DNA from: Candidatus Spongiisociaceae bacterium | GTDB taxonomy: Bacteria; Actinomycetota; Acidimicrobiia; Spongiisociales; Spongiisociaceae | Assembly (NCBI GenBank): GCA_965219685.1 | Contig: CBDCOH010000002.1 | Location: 2,784,001-2,848,000, forward strand | Direction of reading: 5' to 3' | Length of the DNA stretch: 64,000 nucleotides | In this document: positions 58,731 through 64,000 of the stretch, piece after piece | Position numbering within the stretch: position 1 is the stretch's first letter | How the letters are laid out: each line of letters begins with the position of its first letter | Notes under the pieces: model-generated | Seen by the model: the letters and a program-made list of their open reading frames with translations, nothing else | Told to the model about the DNA's origin: nothing | The model's database searches: none | Program-made: the position numbers and the translations under genes

Positions 58731-60428
58731 TCAACCCGGGGGTATTACGGGCAGGACTATGTGTGACATCCGGACGGTGTCGTGGTAGACGGTTTGGCGG
58801 GCGACTCGTATCTGGTCGTCGTCGGCGATGGGGTTGCCGGTGTTGAGGTTGCGGTCGAAGCGGGGGAAGTTTGCACTGGCGATGTCAACCCTGATCCGGT
58901 GGCCCTTCTTGAACACGTTACTCGTCACCCAGAGGTCGATGGTGAACTCGTAGACCTCACCGGGCTCCAGCAGCACCTGGTGCTCGGCGCTCTCCCGGTA
59001 GCGGCCGCGGATGATCCCGTCGCATAGGTTCCTGGCGTACCCGTCGGGGTGTACGTCGACCAGCTTGGCGGTGAAGTCGGTGTCTTTCCCGTCGGTGGCG
59101 GCGAACAGCTTGACGATTACCGGCCCGGTGACCTCCAGGTCGGCCTCGATCGGGTCCGACGTGTAGACGAGGACGTCGTTGCGGTACTCGATCGGTCGCT
59201 GGTCGTAGGAGCCCCACTCGACGATCTCCGGGTTGCAGCAGGTGGTCCCGCCCATGGTGGGGGTCGCGAACGCCGGGTTGTACACGTACTCGTCGGCGGG
59301 CTCGTCGCCCGGCGGCTCGGTCGACAGCGTCCCGTCGCCCAGGAGCGAGTTGGCCGAACCCCGGCTGTGGAAGTACCACGGGGTGAACTCGGTGCGGGCC
59401 AGCGGCCATTCCTGCTCGTCCCGCCACTCGTCGGCGCCCATCGTGTAGATTCGCAGCGGTGGGTCCTCGTCAACCCCGTTGTCCTTCCCCTTCAGCCAGT
59501 GGTCGTACCACCGCAGCTGGATCTCGTCGACGTCCAGTACCGAGGCCTTGCCGAAGTCGACCTCCCCCGCGTGGGTCTCGGTGTTGGTGTGGTGGTGCCA
59601 CGGACCGATCACGACCCGCTGGTGGTTGCGGGCGAGCTCGGAGCCTCCCCTCTGCTGCATCCCCACGAAGTTGTTCATGGTGCCGCCGGCGAACACGTCG
59701 TACCAGCCGCCGATCTGCAGCACAGGGATCTTCACCCTCTCGTACTGCTCCTTGAGTGACATCCCCTTCCAGTAGTCGTCGTAGTCGGGATGGTCGAGCC
59801 ACCTCTGGAAGAAGTGGACGTCCTTGCCGCCGTACTCGGGTATGGCCCGCAGCGGCAGCTTCGAGAAGATGCGCTTCCAGTTGAAGCGGTCGATGAGCTG
59901 CCAGGTGCGCCCGCCCATCCGGAAGCTCCATGTGGCGTTGAGGTGCAGGGTGAAGGCCCCGCCCTGGTAGTGCGGCGAGTTGTGCAGGTTGTCGCCGATG
60001 ACCCGGGGCACGATCGCCTTCAGGTAGCGACTTCCCATCGCAGCCGCCATCCACTGCACGCCCCCGACGTACGAGTCGCCGTGCATGCCGATGTTCCCGT
60101 CGCACCAGGCCTGCGAGCCGAGCCACTCCAGGGTGTCGTACCCGTCCTCGTACTCCTGGATCCACGGGTTGAAACGGCCGTCCGAGTCGTTGCGCCCCCG
60201 GCAGTCCTGAGCGGCGAAGACGTACCCGTTCTGAGCGAAATAGATGGCGGAGTCGACCACCCATTCGGACATGTTGTCGTACGGGGTCCTGGCCAGGATC
60301 ACCGGGAAGGGACCCTCGTGCCGCGCAGGAAAGTAGATGTCGATGGACGTCTCGACGCCGTCGCGCATCGGCACCCTCACGTTGTTACGAACGTCGATAC
60401 CGGCAGGAAGGAAGGCGGTCTCCGCCAT
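58731..60428 (-). CDS. CocE/NonD family serine hydrolase
   Basis: VPMRDGV, RTPY, QDCRGRNDSDG, GDSYVG, GGWYD and IGPWHH motifs. Confidence 0.93.
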   Translation of the reverse strand: MAETAFLPAGIDVRNNVRVPMRDGVETSIDIYFPARHEGPFPVILARTPYDNMSEWVVDSAIYFAQNGYVFAAQDCRGRNDSDGRFNPWIQEYEDGYDTLEWLGSQAWCDGNIGMHGDSYVGGVQWMAAAMGSRYLKAIVPRVIGDNLHNSPHYQGGAFTLHLNATWSFRMGGRTWQLIDRFNWKRIFSKLPLRAIPEYGGKDVHFFQRWLDHPDYDDYWKGMSLKEQYERVKIPVLQIGGWYDVFAGGTMNNFVGMQQRGGSELARNHQRVVIGPWHHHTNTETHAGEVDFGKASVLDVDEIQLRWYDHWLKGKDNGVDEDPPLRIYTMGADEWRDEQEWPLARTEFTPWYFHSRGSANSLLGDGTLSTEPPGDEPADEYVYNPAFATPTMGGTTCCNPEIVEWGSYDQRPIEYRNDVLVYTSDPIEADLEVTGPVIVKLFAATDGKDTDFTAKLVDVHPDGYARNLCDGIIRGRYRESAEHQVLLEPGEVYEFTIDLWVTSNVFKKGHRIRVDIASANFPRFDRNLNTGNPIADDDQIRVARQTVYHDTVRMSHIVLPVIPPG

Positions 60429-60628
60429 CGGTCGCCCTTCGTTGGCTCTCGGCCCGGACAATAACCGCCGACCCGCGGCACGGCTTCCCAGGATCTGCTT
60501 CGAGACCGGCCTGATCGTCCCACAGGCATAGCCCCGCGCCGTGAGGCACCAGGATCCTTGGATCGGCTTTGCCCGGGCATCCGACACCTCAGAAGGACTG
60601 CCCGCTGCGACCGGCTACCGTTTGGTCC

Positions 60629-61033
60629 ATGATGGACATGCACACCGACGACCCTTCACACCTCGCTGTGAGCGGCCTCGTGCAAACACCCGACCGCTAC
60701 GACCTCGAAGCCCTCGTCCGCCTCGGCGACAACCGGGAAGGGACCGACTCGGTAGTACCGGTACGCCGGGTGATCGACGCCGCCAGCCCCGCGGCTTCGG
60801 CCACGCACGTGACCGCTTTGAGCGCGGACGGCTCCTACTCTGCCTCGATCCCTCTCGGAGAAGCCGTTTCCAAGGGCGAGATCCATATCGACGAAGCGGC
60901 CGGGAACCCCCTGCCCATCCGGCTACTCGTTCCCGGAGGCATGACCTTGTGCTGGAACGTGAAGGGCCTGGGTCGGCTCCGGGTCACGGAGGGACCGGAA
61001 CCGGACAGCCTCCCGGAGGTCCTGACCCACTGA
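60629..61033 (+). CDS. Small molybdopterin-oxidoreductase-like domain protein
   Basis: SADGSYSASIPL...PIRLLVPG...CWNVKGL. Confidence 0.6.
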   Translation: MMDMHTDDPSHLAVSGLVQTPDRYDLEALVRLGDNREGTDSVVPVRRVIDAASPAASATHVTALSADGSYSASIPLGEAVSKGEIHIDEAAGNPLPIRLLVPGGMTLCWNVKGLGRLRVTEGPEPDSLPEVLTH

Positions 61034-61662
61034 TGACCGCCGACGCGGGGATGGCTTTCGCCCAGCTGTTCTCCCAGCGGCGCCGCGAACTCGACCTGTC
61101 GGTGGTCGACGTTGCGGTCAGCACCGGCCTGCCGATCGAGGTCGTGGTGGGCTGGGACCAGGGGAGGTCCGTGCCCGACGGTGACGACCTGGACAAGGTG
61201 TCCGACTTCCTCAAGCTTCCGAAACCCCTGCTCACGGAGGCTCTGCGGCGCGTGGCCGACCACCGCCTCGAGACAACCGGGCCGGACCTTCCCAGGCCGC
61301 CGGAGCCGGCGGAGGACCCCTTCGATGCCGCCGCGATGTCCCAGGAGGCCCTGCTCGACGACCCTTACCCCTCCACGACCGTCGGCGAGCGTCTTCGCCA
61401 ATTGCCGGGCATGGCCCGGCGCTCCTTCTCGGGCCTCTTCAACGATATTCGCCGGTACTGGAGCCGCAAGCGTCGCATGGCGAGAGCGCCGACCGCCTAC
61501 CCGTCCTACAGGGAGGACCGTGACCAACTGCTCACCTACCGGTTGAGAATGGTCTTCACGGCCGCGGGCACCGCGGTGCTCACCCTCGTCCTTCGCTGGT
61601 CGCTCGGCGGGCTGGGTACGTCGATCGCCGACCTGTGGAATGCTCTCACCGGGGCTCTCTGA
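61033..61662 (+). CDS. XRE-type HTH protein with a C-terminal membrane segment
   Basis: N-terminal RRRELDLSVVDVA...WDQGRSVP; hydrophobic C-terminus; TGATG overlap. Confidence 0.7.
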   Translation: MTADAGMAFAQLFSQRRRELDLSVVDVAVSTGLPIEVVVGWDQGRSVPDGDDLDKVSDFLKLPKPLLTEALRRVADHRLETTGPDLPRPPEPAEDPFDAAAMSQEALLDDPYPSTTVGERLRQLPGMARRSFSGLFNDIRRYWSRKRRMARAPTAYPSYREDRDQLLTYRLRMVFTAAGTAVLTLVLRWSLGGLGTSIADLWNALTGAL

Positions 61663-61731
61663 CACAGATGTTCCTCACACGCGCTCGCGACGGCTAGGAT
61701 CATCCTCACCAGAGAAAGGAGGTGGTCCGAC

Positions 61732-61776
61732 TTGTTAGACAGTTCGTGTAGGACTCTGGAGGTGGCCGAGCGCTAG
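61732..61776 (+). CDS. Putative 14-aa peptide MLDSSCRTLEVAER
   Basis: TTG start 9 nt after the GGAGG of an extended SD, AAAGGAGGTGGTCC. Confidence 0.5.
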   Translation: MLDSSCRTLEVAER

Positions 61777-61950
61777 CGGCCGCGGGTCGCTTCCGATCGC
61801 TCCCCACACGGGAGTGATCGGGCAGGTGGCGACTCCAACTCGGACCACCGGGTCTCCCGTCCGCATGCTGGTCCTCATGCGGCATCGGTAACGAGGGCAG
61901 CGAAGCCCACCGATGAAGTACGGGCAGGCAGCAAAACTATCCAGAAGTCG

Positions 61951-61987
61951 TCGGGGACCCCCATACGGGGGTCCCCGGCTGTTTTTT
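61951..61987 (+). terminator. Intrinsic terminator
   Basis: TCGGGGACCCCC-ATAC-GGGGGTCCCCGG followed by CTGTTTTTT. Confidence 0.9.
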
Positions 61988-62048
61988 GGCTAGTGGCTGG
62001 TACCTAGTGGAACATACCGACAATATAGGCTAACATATACTGCTTTTG

Positions 62049-62328
62049 ACCATTCACCATTCACCATTCACCATTCACCATTCACCATTCACCATTCACC
62101 ATTCACCATTCACCATTCACCATTCACCATTCACCATTCACCATTCACCATTCACCATTCACCACTCACCACTCACCACTCACCACTCACCACTCACCAC
62201 TCACCACTCACCACTCACCACTCACCACTCACCACTCACCACTCACCACTCACCACTCACCACTCACCACTCACCACTCACCACTCACCACTCACCACTC
62301 ACCACTCACCACTCACCACTCACCACTC
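62049..62328. repeat. Heptamer tandem array (ACCATTC)x16 + (ACCACTC)x24
   Basis: Counted from the sequence; the end of the array supplies the last codons and the stop of the 62320..63270 gene. Confidence 0.97.
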
Positions 62329-63270
62329 AAAGCCGTGCTCTGCCAGCCAGTCCTCGTTCCAGATCTTGGACAGGTACCCGCGTCCCGAATCGGGGATCAG
62401 CACGACGACGAGGCGGTCCGTGGTCTCGGCCGCTACTTCGAGGGCGGCGTGCACGGCCATCCCTCCCGAGCCTCCCACCAGGAGACCCTCGCTCCGGGCG
62501 AGGCGGCGGGCCATGTCGAAGGACTGGTGGTCGTCGACCATGATGTAACGGTCGACGAGGTCCCGGTCCAGGGTCTCAGGCCAAAAGTCCTCCCCGACCC
62601 CCTCGACCCTGTACTGGTGGATGTCCTCCTCGCAGGTGGCCGTGAATATGGATCCCTCGGGATCGGCGCCGACCAGTTCCACACCGGGCTTCCGCTCCCT
62701 CAGGTAACGGCCCACCCCCGTGATCGTCCCGCCCGTCCCGACCCCGGCCACGAAGACATCCACCTCGCCGCAGGTCTGATCCCACACCTCGGGTCCCGTA
62801 GTCAGGTAGTGCGCCTCCGGGTTGAACCGGTTCGAGTACTGGTCGGGGCTGTAGGCGCCTTCGATCTCGGCGGTGAGGCGTCGGGCCACCCCGTAGTAGG
62901 AGTCCTCGTCCTCCGGCAGGAGCTCGGTGGGCGTGACGATTACCTCCGCTCCGTACGCCATGAGCAGGTCGATCTTCTCGGGCGCCACCTTGTCGGGAAC
63001 CGTGCAGATGACCCGGTACCCGCGAACCGCCCCCACCATCGCCAACCCGGCGCCGGTATTGCCCGATGTCGGCTCGATGATGGTCCCGCCTTCGCCGAGG
63101 AGACCCATCTGCTCCGCACGGTCGATCATGTTGACCGCGATCCTCTCCTTGACGGAACCCGCCGGGTTCAAGTAGTCCACCTTGGCCACCAGGTTCCCGG
63201 GCGGGTGCAGGCGGGACAGGCGGACGAGGGGTGTCCCGCCCACCGCGTCGATGGCGCTCTCGTAGATCAC
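62320..63270 (-). CDS. Cysteine synthase / cystathionine beta-synthase family PLP enzyme
   Basis: NPAGSVKERIA, EPTSGNTG, GVGTGGT and PDSGRGYLSK motifs; no CBS domains. Confidence 0.92.
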   Translation of the reverse strand: MIYESAIDAVGGTPLVRLSRLHPPGNLVAKVDYLNPAGSVKERIAVNMIDRAEQMGLLGEGGTIIEPTSGNTGAGLAMVGAVRGYRVICTVPDKVAPEKIDLLMAYGAEVIVTPTELLPEDEDSYYGVARRLTAEIEGAYSPDQYSNRFNPEAHYLTTGPEVWDQTCGEVDVFVAGVGTGGTITGVGRYLRERKPGVELVGADPEGSIFTATCEEDIHQYRVEGVGEDFWPETLDRDLVDRYIMVDDHQSFDMARRLARSEGLLVGGSGGMAVHAALEVAAETTDRLVVVLIPDSGRGYLSKIWNEDWLAEHGFEW

Positions 63271-63313
63271 GAGCGGGGAGGGTAGCGGCGGGGATCCCGG
63301 GCGCTGCCGGAGC

Positions 63314-64000
63314 TCACAACTGGGCCGCCATCTGCTCGTAGGTGGAGACCGGCGTGCGGCAGACACCCCGCTCACACACGTAGGCGAGTGTCTCCCCCTC
63401 GCGATACCGGCCCGCCAGCACCGGGACGGTGTCGTCGGGCTCTGTAGTGGGCGCTACCAGAACGTTGGGACGGTACGCGGAGGCGAGTCTTGCCGCCCAC
63501 TCCAAGGAATCGGGCCCGGCCAGGGCGACCTCCCGGTAACCCGCCTGCGAGGTTGCGAGGACGGCCAGCAGGTGCCCTGCCGCGCTCGGAGCCGCCTCGA
63601 CCAGCCGATGGCCGGAGCGAACGATCTGCTCGAACCGGTCGTGGTAGGTGAAGTCCCCGGTCAAATGGCCGATGATCAGGTAACACTCCGCCGCCAGGGA
63701 CGCCCCGGAGGCGCTCGGGTTGTCCTGCTGGTCGGGTGGCCGGACCACCAGGTTGGAAGCATCGGCGGCACTGGCGAACAAGACGCCCCCCGGACCGCCG
63801 AAGTGGCGTTCGAGCAGGTCGATAAGATCCTGCGCCGCCTCGAACCACCCGGACTCGCCGGTGGCCTGGTACAGCTCGAGAAGGCCGAGGGCGTAGGAAG
63901 CGTGATCCTCCAGGAACCCCGCCACGGGGGACAGACCGTTGCTCCAAGTGCGGGACAGCCGCCCGTCCGGGCGCCGCATCTCGCCCAGCACGAAGCCCGC
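63314..64000 (-). CDS. YyaL/DUF255 thioredoxin-domain protein (3' part)
   Basis: GFLEDHA...GLLELYQATG, QDNPSASG and AYVCERGVC motifs. Confidence 0.88.
   Translation of the reverse strand, partial: AGFVLGEMRRPDGRLSRTWSNGLSPVAGFLEDHASYALGLLELYQATGESGWFEAAQDLIDLLERHFGGPGGVLFASAADASNLVVRPPDQQDNPSASGASLAAECYLIIGHLTGDFTYHDRFEQIVRSGHRLVEAAPSAAGHLLAVLATSQAGYREVALAGPDSLEWAARLASAYRPNVLVAPTTEPDDTVPVLAGRYREGETLAYVCERGVCRTPVSTYEQMAAQL

Larger units (their letters stand above)
61707..61987 (+). ncRNA. Candidate structured RNA with a short internal ORF (family unassigned)
   Basis: TAGGAT -10 at 61695, at least six nested stems, and a terminal hairpin with a T-run. Confidence 0.65.

Noticed and set aside
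39900-60500. Integrase or attR copy of the tRNA-Sec 3' end
   Set aside because: None found by eye, so no active integrative element is claimed.
61707-61987. Identification as Ms1, tmRNA or raiA-motif RNA
   Set aside because: I could not recognise the conserved segments of these families by eye; left unassigned pending cmscan.
62049-62328. Possible CRISPR array
   Set aside because: Contiguous 7-mers with no spacers, and no cas genes in the window.
62046-62543. ORF encoding TIHHSPF/TTHHSPL repeats
   Set aside because: It is only the translation of the stop-free strand of the heptamer array, and it runs antisense into a real gene.

Overview
High-GC actinobacterial chromosome segment. It is probably Acidimicrobiia, inferred from the Rv3661/tad-like locus, F420-type LLM enzymes, Rv2466c and PpgK homologues, and Thr/Ala-linker lipoproteins. 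Left to right it carries: a tad/CpaF pilus locus with a HAD hydrolase; a pyrimidine-catabolism operon with an F420-type LLM oxidoreductase; an aromatic amino acid decarboxylase; HicAB; leuCD-lgt; a DAHP-synthase-like/chorismate mutase fusion; a TRAP transporter; an M1 aminopeptidase; a type II R-M locus with a frameshifted nuclease; gndA; aquaporin/arsC; ppgK; hflX; tRNA-Sec; an accessory catabolic island (about 39.9-58.7 kb); a CocE/NonD hydrolase; and a cysteine synthase/CBS-family gene. Four signals stand out. (1) The DAHP synthase domain has lost essentially all catalytic residues while the fused chorismate mutase looks intact, and the gene sits behind a leaderless Tyr/Phe leader peptide with a complete attenuator. 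(2) A Rv2466c/DsbA-like selenoprotein (UxxC, with a SECIS-like hairpin) is missed by the ORF track, and tRNA-Sec lies in the same window. (3) A highly structured RNA of about 280 nt contains a 14-codon ORF whose extended Shine-Dalgarno is sequestered in a stem. (4) Stop-codon-containing heptamer repeats sit at gene 3' ends, including a 40-unit two-block array. All family assignments come from motif recognition by eye; no searches were run.
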